A stretch of 64,000 nt of DNA from Camelus dromedarius (Eukaryota), in NCBI RefSeq assembly GCF_036321535.1, contig NC_087437.1, positions 118,236,001 to 118,300,000 of the forward strand, in the 5' to 3' direction. Position 1 is the stretch's first letter; every line of letters starts with the position of its first letter. Of the stretch, positions 37,146 through 51,029 are shown in pieces. A model generated the notes under the pieces. That model saw only the letters and a program-made list of their open reading frames with translations. It was not told where the DNA came from and searched no databases. The position numbers and the translations under genes are program-made.

Positions 37146-39789
37146 GTGACATCTGGAGAGGAGGAAACCCACAAATGGGCAAATCAAAGAAATAAACACC
37201 CTGTTGGCCAAACAAAACACATCTGTCTTCAACCTCTGTTGCAGGATTTCTGGAAACTTTCAAAATTAATTGAAAAGGGCTTGGACTGGCATCAGGAACT
37301 CAGCTGGTGTTCACCTGTTTTGTGTTTGCTTTTTGTTGGGTGGTGAGGATTCGTTTGTTTGGGGATGGAGAGCAGAGGGGAAGATGATTGATAGCCTACA
37401 TTTAGTTCCCACAGATGTATCTGTAGGTACAACAGGTAAGATACGTGCGTCACTTAATTTCCTTAAATATTTACTTCTGGCCTTTAATTTCTATATATCA
37501 GAGCAGAAACAGTTCATTTCTACAGCCTGAACTAAAACATCATGTGACAGATATTTGCATGCAGTTAACAAACCAGACAAATTGTTAATATGCAAGACAG
37601 ATATTATCAAATTCTCAGTTCTTCGGATCCTCAGTCAGATGGCAAGTAGGTTTCATGCCACATGCCTATTCTGATCAACTAGCACTGATTGCCTGGAGTC
37701 CTGTGATAAGAAGGATTCTGAGGTTCAGACTAAACCCACAAAAGTCAGTGTTGTCATCCATTAGCTGTTTCTATCAGGGATGGCAGAGGGAGGGCCTTGC
37801 CGCACCAGGACACGAAAGCACAGCACTCAAACCAGCTTTCGAGGACACTATGTCTTGGATAAGATCCAGCGTGGCTTCAGCCAGACAAATCCCTCACTTT
37901 GCAGAAGCAACAAAGGGGAGAGTGCCTACTGTGTTTCAGGAGGCCGACAAGCACAAAAAAGAGAATTATTTTGGGGGCATAGAAGAAAATTAAGATCATG
38001 TGAAATATAAGTAGCACACTCACTCTATGATTTTAATATGAAATTCAAAGAAACAAATGTTTATCAGTATTTTTTTGTTTGAGAGGTTGGTGGTTAGTAT
38101 TTTGTGGCTCTGACTTAAAAAAATTATCTGTAATAAGCTTATTGATTTTTTTTCCTCTTAAAATAAGTAATGTTCTGTGGGAAAAGGCCAACCTTTCTTG
38201 GCACTACCTCTTTTTTCTGGAGATTATTAATTTCTTTTTAATAGATCTCATACTGCAAAATCAAATTTTTATATCACAAAGGGATTTACATTTATCTTGG
38301 GCTGCACACTTTTTGTCATCCATCAAACTGAGTTTAAGTTTCTAATTGAAATAATTTTTCAAGTGTTGGGCAATAAAGAGGCAATAAGTGATATGTTTAA
38401 ATTATTTATTCATCTTATTCATAATTAATTCGGTTTTGTTCCTTGCTGCACAGTGAGGCTAACTCGATGTGTTTGATTTTCAAATCTTTTCTACCATTAG
38501 GCAACAACAGAAGTGCTGTTTTTTTCCACTCTGCTTGAGTTTCATTGGCCCCTGGGGACTCAGGCAACATCAATTTAAATCACAGCTAAATTTAACACAT
38601 TAATTTTGTTTTACAACACACTGTTCCAAAAACAGAGATTCATAAATAGATCATGCCTCTTCTTAGTCAAATCGGAAAAAAAAATTATTCACCATGTGAG
38701 ATGAGCCATTGCATCAACAAAGATTTTATGCTTCAGCATTTAAGGACTGTATATGCTTTGGCCCGTACTCTTCCCTGAGTTAAGGCTGCTAAGATTAAGA
38801 CTGATACACCTTTAACATGTGTTCTACAATGGATCCTCAACCAGCTGATCTGGTTAACTGGTCTGAAGATTACCTGAAACCCTTCTTCCAACATCGCTAT
38901 CCCTTTTGCAACACAAACTCATGACCAGATCGAGTGCATCGTTTCCACCCTCACTTAAACCATTTGTCTGCTCATGATTCCTCTTTCTGATTACGGCATT
39001 ATGACCACCTTCAGAGTTCTCAGGCCACTGGTTACTCTCTCCTCCAACATCCACAGACATCCCAGCCCCAATCACTCCACCACTGCTCTATGTCCCATCC
39101 CTATAACCTCTCCTGCACCAAGTTCCCAAGAACTGGACACTCCTACAGCCTATACATGTACATACAACCACAAGTTTTCCCCCAAAGCCCAGGTAACCTA
39201 CCTGCTCTGCTCACAAACCTATAATGATGCCCCTGGGCTCAATGGAGATGCCTGAGCTTCCCAGATTCCCATTTATTCAGGCTGGATCCCAACTTTGTAG
39301 CATCATCCACCACCACTTGGCAACTGGACAGTAATGAACAAAGGCTTACATCTCAGGGACACTCATAAGTCCTCATACAACAGTACCACACTTTTTATGT
39401 GTCTCTGCTGCTCATGTGACATCTGATATAACTGGATACTCAATAAATACCCGTAGAATGAAAGGCCAAACAGTGGGTCATAAGACAAAAATACAGAGAA
39501 CAGAGCAATCAAGTGATCTGAAACTCGAGGCAAAAACTCAGAAAATGTGATAAGCAGGAAGATTAAGCCATGGCCTAAAATTACTGGGAAATAACTGATT
39601 GTGTGATAACCCAGCCACCTAGAACTGCAGGCAAGCGCCTAAATGACCAAATGCCTGACTGTTCTGTCCATAGGGGGCCTCTACATGTTTGATGTGTCAT
39701 GGCAGGCAAGAATGGGGACCTTCCTCAGCCTGGAAGATGCAGCAACTTGGCAGTGAGGATCAAGGTGAGGTACAAGAACAAAAACAATA

Positions 39790-40340
39790 GCAATTACGAC
39801 TACAAACATTTATTGAGCTTCTCCTATGTGCCAGGTACCATGTGCTATCCATTTCAGTTCACCCAGCCCTGAAAGCAACCCCATGAAAATGTCGAGTGCG
39901 TAACAGCTGAGTGGCTTCTGAAAGACCATGTTCCTGTCCCAACTGTAGGGAGCTATACATCCCTGTCTGCCACCTTGCAGGAGGAGCTGGCTTCCCTGCC
40001 TACAGACGTGAGGCTCAGACATGTGATTTTCTCTGGACAATGGCAAGTGAGCAGACATGAAGTATGCAAATGCAAGCAGAAGTTTTAGGAGCCAATGCAG
40101 GTTCCCAACAGATCTGGGGGAAATGGCATACCCCACCCAGATAAGGATGCCTTCAGAGTGGTCCTAAATGAGCAGAGTTGTAGTCGACACCCTGCCTGAC
40201 ACACCATGGGAGCAAAAAACAAATGTTTGTTGTTGTTGTTGGCTACAGAAACTTCGGGGTGGGTTATTACTACCCAACACTTAGCAACGGCAGAGCCAGG
40301 ACTCACAGCCAGAGCCTACATGTTCATTCATTACATTCTT
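39790..40340. mobile_element. MIR (minus) interrupted by an old MLT1I/J-like LTR (plus, about 39930-40280)
   Basis: aacatttattgagcttctcctatgtgccagg at left and ggcagagccaggactc at right; middle has gtgaggctcagacatgtgattttctctggacaatgg...gcagaagttttaggagcca. Confidence 0.6.
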
Positions 40341-40429
40341 CTGCCCCCTTAAGCACATACCCTATTATTAGAGGAGGCCCTAAGTCCACTTCTGTTGGGC
40401 TCTGCTCCCTCCTTCCTGCAACCTGGTAT

Positions 40430-40580
40430 CAGCATGTGCTCAGAGCAGTCCAAGGACCAGAAACAGTATGTGTCACCTGGAAGCTGGTTAGATGTAGAAT
40501 CTCAGCTCCCCACACCAGAATCAGCATTTTGACAAAATCTCCAAGTGATGCATGTTCACAATGAAGTATGCGAAGTGCCT
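40430..40580 (+). mobile_element. MER5A1-like hAT MITE
   Basis: tcacctggaagctggttagatgtagaatctcag...gaatcagcattttgacaaaatctccaagtgatg. Confidence 0.75.
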
Positions 40581-42089
40581 GTTGAACATATCTGAATGAA
40601 TGCCTTGCTTCATGAAAGGGCAAGATCAAAGGGCCATGAACTGGAAATGGAAAGACACCAGCATCCATGTATTTTCCTTGCTGCTTAGACCTCAGAGGGG
40701 GAGGAGCCACGCGCTGTACTACCAGGATGTTTCTGTGAGATTTTCTAGTATGTGCTCCAGACGCCAAATGATGTCTTTTGATAGAGGAGCTCACACCTCA
40801 CTGCTGGCTGTGCTGACCTCTTGTTCACAACCCAATGGCTTGTTTATTGAAGAAATAAACATTCAGGACTATTAGTCCTCACTAGGGGCTGTTGGTATGT
40901 GAAAAAATGACACATTGCATTTATCTTTACTCTCCTGTTCCAAGATCCCATTACTGGTTTATCACCCTTTTGATGGGTGACAGTGACCATTAACCGTAAC
41001 AGTAAACACCACAGTTTCCCAAGCACAAGTTATCATCATAATTAGAACAGGAATATAGCCTTTACCCAGCTGCATAGCTGAGAACTCAATGTCATGGCTT
41101 CCTCTCCACATGGTCCTAAAACCCAGTGGCAGTGAGCCAGAGTATCCAAATAGTAACAGAAAAGAGTAATGATCTTTCAAGATGGCGAATGCTATAGGTG
41201 AAACAACCACCCCTGCATCTGAGACACTTTCTCCCCAGTGAAAGCTGAGGCTTTTGACAGGCTGGTTTATGAATAAATTCATGACATGAGACAGTTCCAA
41301 AATGTCTGTTAAGAACCGATTCAAAATGAAGTCATCAAAATTACTGCAAAATGTATACTTTAAATTCAAACAGCCGGGGGAAAGATTGTGCTTGTTATGT
41401 AGAATTCATTATCAGTATTTCGGAGCACAGCCTCTATAAACATTTGTTTAGTATTGCTTTTATGCAATTGTTTGGAACATAAGCAGAGAAAGAACTGAAT
41501 GGGAAATTCCAGAAGCCCAGAGCTTATTCAGCCTGGGTTTTTTTTTTCCCCTGCCTTGTTAGAAAGAAATCATTTCTTTTTCTTCAAAATATTACTGCAA
41601 TTGGAAGAATCTGATATTTTCTAATTTATCAGTTTGTGTTATTAAGAGTAAGGGCATCACTTCAATGTGGGAAATAGAAGCCATATAGTAGGGGATTTCT
41701 CTTTCACTATTATGTGGGGGTAAAAAAAAGACCCTTTATTAGATCCAAATTACTTTTCACAGGTATTTAATTCACAATGTAAGTGTGTGCACATTCACAG
41801 ACTCATTATATTGATCCTTATATATTTTGAATTCAGCCTGGAGCTGCTAAAAGGTGATGTCACATGGTCAAACAATCATATTAGGCAACAGAGGAGATTT
41901 AGGGTCAAAAATATGCTAAGGCTAAAAAAACAAAAAACAAAAAACAAAACACTGTCCTTAACATAGAATGAATGAACTAAGTGGTTGGTTAAGGATCAGA
42001 AATACCACTGTGGTACCATGAGGAAAAAAAGTGGTTTTGATTTAAAAGGAGAAGCTGGTTAAGATCTGATATGCCATCAGAATTAAAGA

Positions 42090-42700
42090 AAATCAATCTG
42101 TAAATAATAGGGAATAGAAATCACCACAGACACACCCAAAAAGGAAAAGCCAGATATTTTAGAGTACATAAAATTTAGTAATATTTATATGTTAAAGAAG
42201 TTCACCATAAACAAAATTAAACTGCAAACAATGAACTTCAACATTGTACACATCTGTTAAAAATTAATAACCCTAACATACAACAACAACAAAAAACTCC
42301 CAAACGTATTTTTCAAACAACATACCAAAAAAGAAATGGGCAAAGCACATGAACAGGCAACAGTAAAATTCCAGGAACAATCTAAATACACAACAGTAGC
42401 GGAACTGGCTAAGTAAATTGTGGAAGATACATATAATAAAATAGAATGCTGCCACTATAAAATTATATTATAGGATTATATATATTGATGTGAGGAAATG
42501 TTCAGAAAGCAGTAAAAAAAAAAATCAGACAGCATCTAATTATAAACATTTGACAAAAGATACCCCAAAATGTTAACAGTATCTATCTCTACATCGTAGA
42601 ACTACGAGTGTTTTCTTGTGTCTTGGGCTTGTGCACAAATAGTTTACATTCAGTATTTACTTTCAACTTGAAAAAATGAAAATAAATATTTTAAAAGGTT
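42090..42700 (+). mobile_element. Decayed L1ME 3' region
   Basis: aaatgggcaaagcacatgaacaggcaa; ctaagtaaattgtggaagatacat; ccaaaatgttaacagt. Confidence 0.6.
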
Positions 42701-43245
42701 TAAAACTGAAACAATTTAGATCAAAGACTTTAGCATAAATGAGAGAGAAATTCTTCCCAATTTTACAAATCATAGCCTAAGCCACTGAAATATTTTACTT
42801 TCAAGAGTAGAATGAGATAGTATTTTCCACAAATATCATTACCCTATGCTTATATTTTTAGATACAACCAACTATGGTTGTAGGCAAAAGACAACACTGA
42901 GTCACATATATAAGGAGAAAGTCTGGACCAAAAGGAAAATTTCCTGTGCTTAATTCAGAGTCTGTGTTTGCCACATCTGTGTTTCTCCTGCCAGAATACT
43001 TGCTATATTCTGGAGTGGTCTGGGTTGACAGGACCAGACTGCTGTGGCTTAAATTTGGTGGTGCCTCCTCACTAACTTTGTTTCTACACTGTCAACAGGT
43101 TGGGATGGGAGCTAACACATCAACTCAAGTTTATTTCTGGCATCACCTCCCCGGTCCCCTCACATGAAAATCAATCACGTGAATTCATCAGGGTAACTGA
43201 CCAGGGAAACACAAGGGAGAAAACCTCCAAATAAATTATCTTTCA

Positions 43246-43693
43246 ATATTAGTTTCCTGCTGTTACTGTAATGGCCTAACACAAATCTGGCAGCTTAACG
43301 CAATACCAATATATTCTCTTACAGTTCTGGAGACCGGAAGTCCAAGATCCCTTTCATGGGACTAACATCAAGGGTCAGGAGACCTGTGCACCCTCTGGAG
43401 GCTCTGGGAGGAAGCTGGTTCCTTGCCTTTTCCAGCGTCTTGAGGCTGCCTGCATTCCTTCGCTTGTGACCCCCTCCTCACATCACTCCAGGCTCCTGTT
43501 CCATCATCACATCCCCAGATGTCCCTCTGATCTTAGAAGGATCCCTGTGATCACATCAAACCTAATAGCTAATCCAGGATAACCTTAATACATATGCAAA
43601 AATCTCTTTGGCCATATGAAAAAATATCCACCAGCTATGGAGGTTAGGACGTGGGCATCTTGGGGATGTTACAGCATTATTCAGCCTACCACA
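43246..43693 (-). mobile_element. MaLR solo LTR, MLT1D-like
   Basis: tattagtttcctg; ttctcttacagttctggag; gaggctgcctgcattcctt; ends cattattcagcctaccaca. Confidence 0.9.
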
Positions 43694-45427
43694 CCTACCA
43701 ATCAGCCAGGCAGGGCCCAGCCCACAGAATTCCTCTTCTCAGAGCAGCAATTTGGCACAATTTTGTTGATATTTTAAAGTCCTGACACACTATGCGTCTC
43801 TTCAGAAGTACTAAATTGAAAGTAAGTCAGGTAAGTGGGCTTCTGGGAGGAAAAGAAATACTCCTTCCTAAATTTCCTGTTCTTTCCCCCCAAGTCTCTG
43901 ATGAGGGCTGCGCAGCTGAAAACGCGTATGTTTAAAAGAAAAAAAGAACAATCACAGCACATCTGCCATATGGAAGATACACATGTGATCAGAAGCTCTT
44001 GCTTTACAAATGCAAACAATGCCTTTGCCTTTCCTGTGGCCTCTTTCTGCTTGGAAGGCAGTGCAATGATGAGAACACCTCTCTGCCACTGTGTGAACCA
44101 CATGAGCCACATGTGCCACCCCAAGCCCAAGAAGATAACGGAGGGCAACTGCAGCAGGCAGTGGAGGTGACTGAACATCTGCTAAAGACAGAGAGACTTT
44201 AGGTTCCTTAGTGAGACAGGGCTGAGCACCTGAAAGGTATTTTCACCATCACCACATCCATGAGTGACCCATCACAGGCCTCCAGCCTTTCCCTCCTCTC
44301 TCTGAGAGTTCACCACCTATAAAGGTGACATATTTGTGTTTCTATGACCACTAAACCACTGAGTTGTTTGGGGAGTTAGCAACTAGAGTTACTAACTAAA
44401 GCCGAAAATGAGACATATGCTAAATTCTGACTTGGACAGATTATGAGGGAAGAAGCAGAGAGGAAGCAGAGAATGGGAAAAAGTCACCTTCATGCCCATA
44501 TCTGGACCCTTCAGTGTAGCTGGAGAAAATAATACAAGTGGGAGGATTTGTGTCACAATAAACACGTGGTCACTAACCTGCCCAGGCCCCTCCATGTCTC
44601 CCAAGAAATGCCTCTCTCCAGCTCTTCACAATGGCCCTGTCACCTTCTCTAACCTCCCCAAGCCTGAGACCCCCTCAATCTCAGGAGCCAGTCTGCCCTC
44701 CTTCTTTATAAAGAAAAGGGGAAAACAGTCACTGAAAATGACTTTAATCATCTCACAACCACCACCTAGTCTGCAAATGCTCCAGGATCTGATCCGTTCT
44801 TCCCTCACTTGGATTAGAATGGAGACAGTGGCCTGTTTGGTACAAAGCAGTCCTCCAGTCGTGTCCATAGGGAGATTGGAAGACAGGCTCCCTGCAGTTC
44901 TGAGTGTGGAGATGGCCTTACTGATGCTGAGTTTGGTTCAGAATCAGAAGAGCCCAGAGTCTGCAAACCTCCTTTTAACAGAAGCACAGACATTATTCTT
45001 CCAGAGGGTGATGCTTCCTGGGGATGGACGCTCAGCGGGGTAGCAAGGCTTCTTCTTCATTCCAACTTTTCCTGTGATACCCGGTTCCTCCTGGATCCCT
45101 GTCCTCTCCATCATCACTGATTATCCACTGACTCTGCTCATGCTCTAAATCCAGTGTTCCCTGCATCAATAAACGGCATGTCCACCCAGCTTCCCAAACC
45201 AGACTCTTGTAAATACATCTCAGATTGGCTCACTTTTCCCCAGCTGCATTGCTAGCCCCTCGTCCAAGCTCCCATCATCTCTCTTAATGAGCTGTCATGA
45301 CCCCCTTCCAGAATCCACTCTCTCACACCTCTCAAATCCATCTTCTACTCTGCTCCCTCACTACCTTCCTATAATAATATGATCACATGGCTCCCCTGCT
45401 TAATACCTTAATAACTGCCCAATGGCT

Positions 45428-45558
45428 CTTGTAATAACCTTTAATGAAAAAGAATATGAAAACAAATATATGTATGTATATGCATGACTGGGACATTGCG
45501 TTGTACACCAGAAATCGACACATTGTAACTGACTGTACTTCAATTAAAAAAAAAAAAC
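45428..45558 (+). mobile_element. Very short young L1 3' end with poly(A)
   Basis: cttgtaataacctttaatgaaaaagaatatgaaaac...gactgtacttcaattaaaaaaaaaaaa, matching the 3' ends of the 32622 and 49925 copies. Confidence 0.92.
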
Positions 45559-45644
45559 TTAATCCTTGATTTAAACCAACCACCTCATTATAATCTGGCC
45601 ACTGTCCACTTCTCCAGTCCTCTCTGTGTCCCTCTTCTTCCTCT

Positions 45645-46110
45645 GGGAAGATCCCTTCGGTATGCTCATCTACATTCCCTTCCACCCTGCTCTCTGGCCC
45701 AGGAGGATGACCAGTATTGACTATATCAGAGAGCTGCCCATGCCCTCTGGCTTCCCGAGGGCTCAGGGCAGTGGGCACCCTTAAAGGAGAGCAGAGGTGG
45801 GAAGGAAAGTGGAGTCAGTCACTAATCCCATGGCTCACTTCCTGATGGGCCTCCTTAGCTTGCTGCATTTGCCAACCAAAGATCACTCCTCCTATAAAGC
45901 GGTCCTCTCCTTCCAAGTTCTGGGAACCACTCCATCATCCCCTGACCCTACCAGGCTTAAGGATGGTGACAAGTCGGCCATCACAGGACTCAGGACATTG
46001 TACCATCCTTTGTACTCTCTTGACACCCAGCCCACACCTTCATAAATGGCGCCTTTATTAAACATTCCTGAGCGTGCCATCCGTTTACCACTGGGATCCT
46101 GCCTGGTGTA
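45645..46110 (+). mobile_element. ERVL solo LTR, LTR33-like
   Basis: tccaccctgctctctggcccaggagg; tgccctctggcttc; gcccacaccttcataaatgg...attaaac...gtgccatccgttt. Confidence 0.8.
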
Positions 46111-46969
46111 TCCCCATCCTCTGCACACCAGCCCTGCTGACCTTTTCTCAGATCCTTCAGTATGCCATGGAGGCCTTGCCACAATTGAGATGGGTCCCAC
46201 AGGCTAGATTAAGTGCCCCACTAGGCACTCCCAGTGCGCATTCTCCTCTGTTACCAATGAACTCTGGAATGCTGCCATTACTGATTTATCTCTTTAACGT
46301 CAACTCCACAAGGGCAGGGACCGTGTGGGTGACCCCATTTCCCCTCAGTGCCTGGCACCCGGCAGGTGTTCAATAAATATGTGTTGCCCAACAAACTCAA
46401 GTTTTGTTTCTCCGAGTTTACCTAGTGGGTATCTGATAATATTTAAAGTCTCATTCTAGCTTGAGTATTTTGCATGTAGAATTGCTACACAAGTAGCTTT
46501 GGATGACCTTGGGTAAAAAGTGACATCACTTATTTCCAAATCTGAGAGGTATTCAAACCTTATCTTTCATTTTGACAGTCGTGAAGTCCAAAAATGTATG
46601 AATGCTACAATATATATAAATATATTCAAGGGCTGGATTCCCATTAATTTCACCTTCATAAGAAATTAGTCTTGCATAGCAGACCTGAAGTAATATTTAA
46701 TGAAAAGCATTATAAATATTTGATTAGTTGTTTATTATTGCATTCTGTTGCTGGTTGACCACCTAATCATGTGGTATCCAAATTCCTAAAATGTTAGACG
46801 TAAGTTTACCATATGGCCTAGCATTTCTCCTCCTAGGTACAGACCCAAGAACAATGAAAACATAGCTTCACACAAAAACCTGTATGCAAATTTTCACAGG
46901 AAAACTGATCACCCACACCTGGAGCTTTCCATGTTGCTCAACCTTCTCTACAGCTTTCTTAAATAAAAA

Positions 46970-47850
46970 GAATAGGAGAAAAATAAGCAAAAGATCTGAA
47001 GGAACATTTCACCGAAAATATATTTAAAAATAGATAGCAAGCACATGAAAAGATGTTCAACAGTATGTCTTTAGGGAAATGCAAATTAAAACCACCCTGA
47101 GATACCACTTCACACCCAGTAGAAGGGCCGTAATAAAGGAGATAAGCAATAATAGTGTTGACAAGGATGTGGAGAAACTGGAATCGTCACACACTGCTGG
47201 TCGGAATGTAAAATGGATGCATCTGCTTTGGAAACAGTTTGGTGGTTTCTTAAAATGTTAGACATAAGTTGACCATTTCTACTCCTAGGTATAGACCCAA
47301 TAAAAATTAAAACATAGCTCCACACAAAAGCTTGTACACTAATTTTCATAGCAGCATTATTCATAGCCAAAAGCAGAAACAATCCAAATGTCCATCAACT
47401 AGATAATGGATAAACAAAATGTGGTTAGTCCATATGATAGAATATTATTTGGCAATAAAAAGGAATGAAGCACTGATAAATGCTACAACATGGATGGACC
47501 TCAAAAACATTACAGTAAGTGAAGAAACTAGTCAACAGACCACATATTATGAGATTCCATTTATGTGAAATACAGAGAAAAGGCCAGTCTATAAAGGAAG
47601 GAGAGTAGAGGTTGTTGCCTAAAACTGGGGGCTTGGAGGTGGGGATAAGGAGTGACTGCAAATAAGCATGAGGGATATTTTTGGGTGGTGGAGAAATATT
47701 TTTGAGTGGTTCTAAAATTGGATTGTGGCAACAGTTGTACAACTCTGTAAACTTAACTAAAAATCAGTGAATTGTACTTAAAACAAGTGAATCATATGCT
47801 ACATAAATTACACTTCAGTGAAGATGTTTAAAATATGAAAATAAAAGAAA
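46970..47850 (+). mobile_element. L1MB-type 3' fragment
   Basis: MQIKTTLRYHFTP; caatccaaatgtccatcaact; gttctaaaattggattgtggcaacagttgtacaactctg. Confidence 0.9.
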
Positions 47851-48759
47851 AAGGTAGATAAAAAAGCTGACTCTTGTGATCACCGAGCATAGACCCTACC
47901 CTGCCTCTGACTAGAGTTAGCTAACATGTGTCTGTGTCTCCGCTGAGACTAACCCTTCTTGTCACCTGGTGTTTTCTTCTTTGTTATATTCACAGCAGAG
48001 TCTCTTGACTACAGTCATCACTCAATAATTATTTTTTGAACTTTAATGGAGAGTTAAAAAAAAGACTTTTTTCTGGACATCAAAATAATACTTTAAAAAA
48101 AAAGGTCTCATAAAACCCTTCCCCCCAAATATCCTCATGTAAGTGACTCAGGAGCACCATGTCTAGGGAAAGTGTGATGACGTGGGTCTGAGAAGCAGAT
48201 ATGACATTTAGCTGAAGACCCAGCAAGTCTGTCTTTGGGGGAAAAAAATGTATCAGTGAATGTATGTCACCTCCTGATTTGGGGCCAGATAACAGTAGCG
48301 CTGCAGAAGGGGCAGCCATCCGTCCACCATGCCACAATGCCAGAGGCTGCTGGCTCCTCTGCTAAAACCGTCAGATTACAGCCCACGTGGCTGAACTTGT
48401 GGACAAAGAAGACAGCTGAAGCTGCTTTCCATTTTAGTCTAAATGGTACTGTGCATCTCCTTGCGGGACACTGATGAATGCAGCCTCTGTTCTGATGAAG
48501 CCTGTCGCTGGACCAATCAGAAGTTCCTGAGTAGAATCCTTCACCCACAGGCCTGCACTCAGGAGGAATGGCACAGTAATACTCAGGGGAAGAAAGTTCT
48601 CTTGGAGGAGTGTAAGTTGTTTTACTTCTGGAGGTTCACTGAAAAGGGGCTCAAAGGCATACCAAAAGAAAAGGATTTGTTGGAAACTCTCCTTGGCCCA
48701 GGAGGTCCAGACTACTCCTGATGGGAGTAGAGTTTTCAGCCAGGAATGTAGGTGGATGC

Positions 48760-48925
48760 GTAGGGAGTTCAGGCTTTAGGGTCTGAGAGATCTGGGTTTG
48801 GATCCTGGCCCCATCAGTTATTAGCTGCACAGCTCTAACTTCCCTGGACCCCAGTTTTCTCACTTGTGCAACTGGTATACTAATACAAATCTACTCAGGG
48901 TTCTTGAAGGATTGAAATGAGAGGA
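48760..48925 (+). mobile_element. MIR SINE
   Basis: gatctgggtttggatcctggcccc...cagttttctcacttgtgcaactgg...aaggattgaaatgag. Confidence 0.75.
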
Positions 48926-49184
48926 TATACCATGACTGGGGAGGGGGGGTAGGAAATACTCAGCTTGGTGCCACCGGGCCCCTAGGGAAGAGCCCTGGTG
49001 CAGCCGGTCATCTGATAAAACTGGGAAGCTCGGTGTGCCCTTGGTGAGGGTTTCAAAAGCCCTTTCTAGTAAACATCAAAGAGGAGAAGGTCTGATTTCA
49101 TCACTTTCATGCTGTAACATGCAGACTCTCAAGGAGGAAGAAAAAGAGCCCCCATGTGATATTTGAAGACTGGCTTTTTAAGAG

Positions 49185-49843
49185 TATTATTGAAACCAAG
49201 CAAGGCTCTGCTAGGCCTTTCTAGGACAGACTCCTTCTCCCCCAACTCCCTACCCACCTCTTATTTATAGAAAAGCTTTAGCCTCCTAGGCCTTTCCTGA
49301 GTTCCAAAGAGCAAATTTAATCAGAGAAGTAAAAAAATATAAAAGCAAAGAAAAATAGTCAAACAATTCAAAATAATAATAATACTTTATCTATAAAACA
49401 AGGTCAAGGAAACTTTACTTCCTCCTCAAGGGCTACAGATAACATCCCGGGCCACATGCTTTAGTTCTCTTGCAGATACTAAAACCCCTAACAGGTGGAA
49501 GAATTTCACTGCATGCTGACCACAAGCACGAAGACCCCAGACTGGATGAAACCAGACGGTTGGTGATGTTAATTCCCTAACCACCACCCTGTTATCTCAC
49601 CACCAACAATCAGAAGAGCATCCATGAGCTGACCAGGCAACCACAACCCTCACCCCTCATGTTGCCTTTAAAAACTTCCCTTGAAAACTTCATCGGGGAG
49701 TTCATGTCTGTTGAGCATGAACCTCCTGTTCTCCCTGCTTGATGACCGCAATTAACACTGTACTTTCCTTCACCACAATCTGGTGTCAGTAGACTGGTTT
49801 TACTGTATGATGGGCAAACAGACTCAAGTTTGGTTCCATAAAA
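49185..49843 (+). mobile_element. ERV1 solo LTR, LTR39/MER39-like cetartiodactyl family
   Basis: Degenerate termini (tattattgaaaccaagc / caagtttggttccataaaa); gcctttaaaaac TATA-like block; ctgtactttccttcaccacaatctggtgtcagtagactgg. Confidence 0.75.
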
Positions 49844-49924
49844 TTATGTATTAGTCAGAACCCCAAAATTAATATCTGCAGCTCTGCGTTTAGAGAGCCA
49901 ACATGTCAAGTGAGCATTTTGCAA

Positions 49925-50560
49925 ACTTTTTTTTATTGTAGTATAGCCAGTTACAATGTGTCAATTTCTGGTGTACGACACAATGTCCCAGTCATCCATA
50001 TACATACATATATGAGTTTTCATATTCTTTTTCATCAAAGGTTATTACAAGATATTGAATATAGTTCCCTGTGCTATACAGAAGAAATCTTTTATCTATT
50101 TTGCTAACATTTGCACATCTCAAACTCCCAAATTTATCCCTTCCCACCCTCTTTCCCCCAGTAACCATAAGATTATTTACTATGTCTGCAAGTCCTTTCT
50201 GTTTTGTAGATAAGTTCATTAGGGTCTTCTTTTTTTCTTTTTTTAGATTCCACATATGAGAGATCTCATATGGTATTTTTCTTTCTCTTTCTGGCTGACT
50301 TCACTTAGAATGACAATCTCTAGGTCCATCCATGTTGCTGCAAATGGCAACATTTCATTCTTTGTATGGCTGAGTAATATTCCATCGTATATAAATACCA
50401 GAACTTCTTTGTCCAGTCATCTGTCAATGGACACTTAGGCTGCTCCCATGTCTTGGCTATTTTAAATAGTGTTGCTGTGAGCACTGGGGTGTGTGTATCT
50501 TTTCAAATTAGAGTTTTTGTCTTTTCTGAATATATGCCCAGAAGTAAGATTGCTGGATCT
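49925..50560 (-). mobile_element. 5'-truncated lineage-specific L1 3' end
   Basis: Poly(T) then antisense 3' UTR (ttttcatattctttttcat; tagttccctgtgctatacag) and the end of ORF2. Confidence 0.95.
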
Positions 50561-51029
50561 GAAGTTTCCTTTAGATAGAGAAAAGTAACCAAGGGGCAAG
50601 AAGCAGCACCAGAGTGTGATAACAGCCAGAAATCCTTAGCATTTGCTCTCACAAACTGCCTCACGCCAAAGAGCCACTCTGAACAAGAAATAAACCTTTT
50701 CCCTTTCAATGCACATGCTCAGGTCCAAAATAATCATACCAGAGTATGTGGAAGATGATGATGGCTCACCCAGTCTTCCAGGTAACCCCCCAGTGCTCAC
50801 GTCTTCAGATCAGGAGCCCATGTGCTGCACTCTGCATGTCCCTAACACCCAGACAACCATCCTTGCCACCACAGCCCTCAACAAACATCACATCCAGGGC
50901 TCCAGGGGCACCTGAGCTTCCTCCTACCTCCCATGCTCTCTTTATGTCTACATATGTACGATTCTTAACCACACCATTTTGGCATGGCTATTTGTGGGGA
51001 ACAGAGGGAGAAGATGGAATTTGGATTGG

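Larger units (their letters stand above)
45150..46387 (+). mobile_element. L2 remnant interrupted by an L1 tail and an LTR33
   Basis: ccacccagcttcccaaaccaga; gatcacatggctcccctgctta; terminal cagtgcctggcacccggcaggtgttcaataaatatgtgttg. Confidence 0.65.

Noticed and set aside
43780..43836. Tandem strong plus-strand donors (gtaagtcaggtaagt)
   Set aside because: The upstream candidate exon has stops in all three frames and nothing else supports it.
44492..45043. 183-aa plus-strand ORF
   Set aside because: No recognisable homology or supporting gene structure; Ser/Pro/Leu composition typical of non-coding frames.
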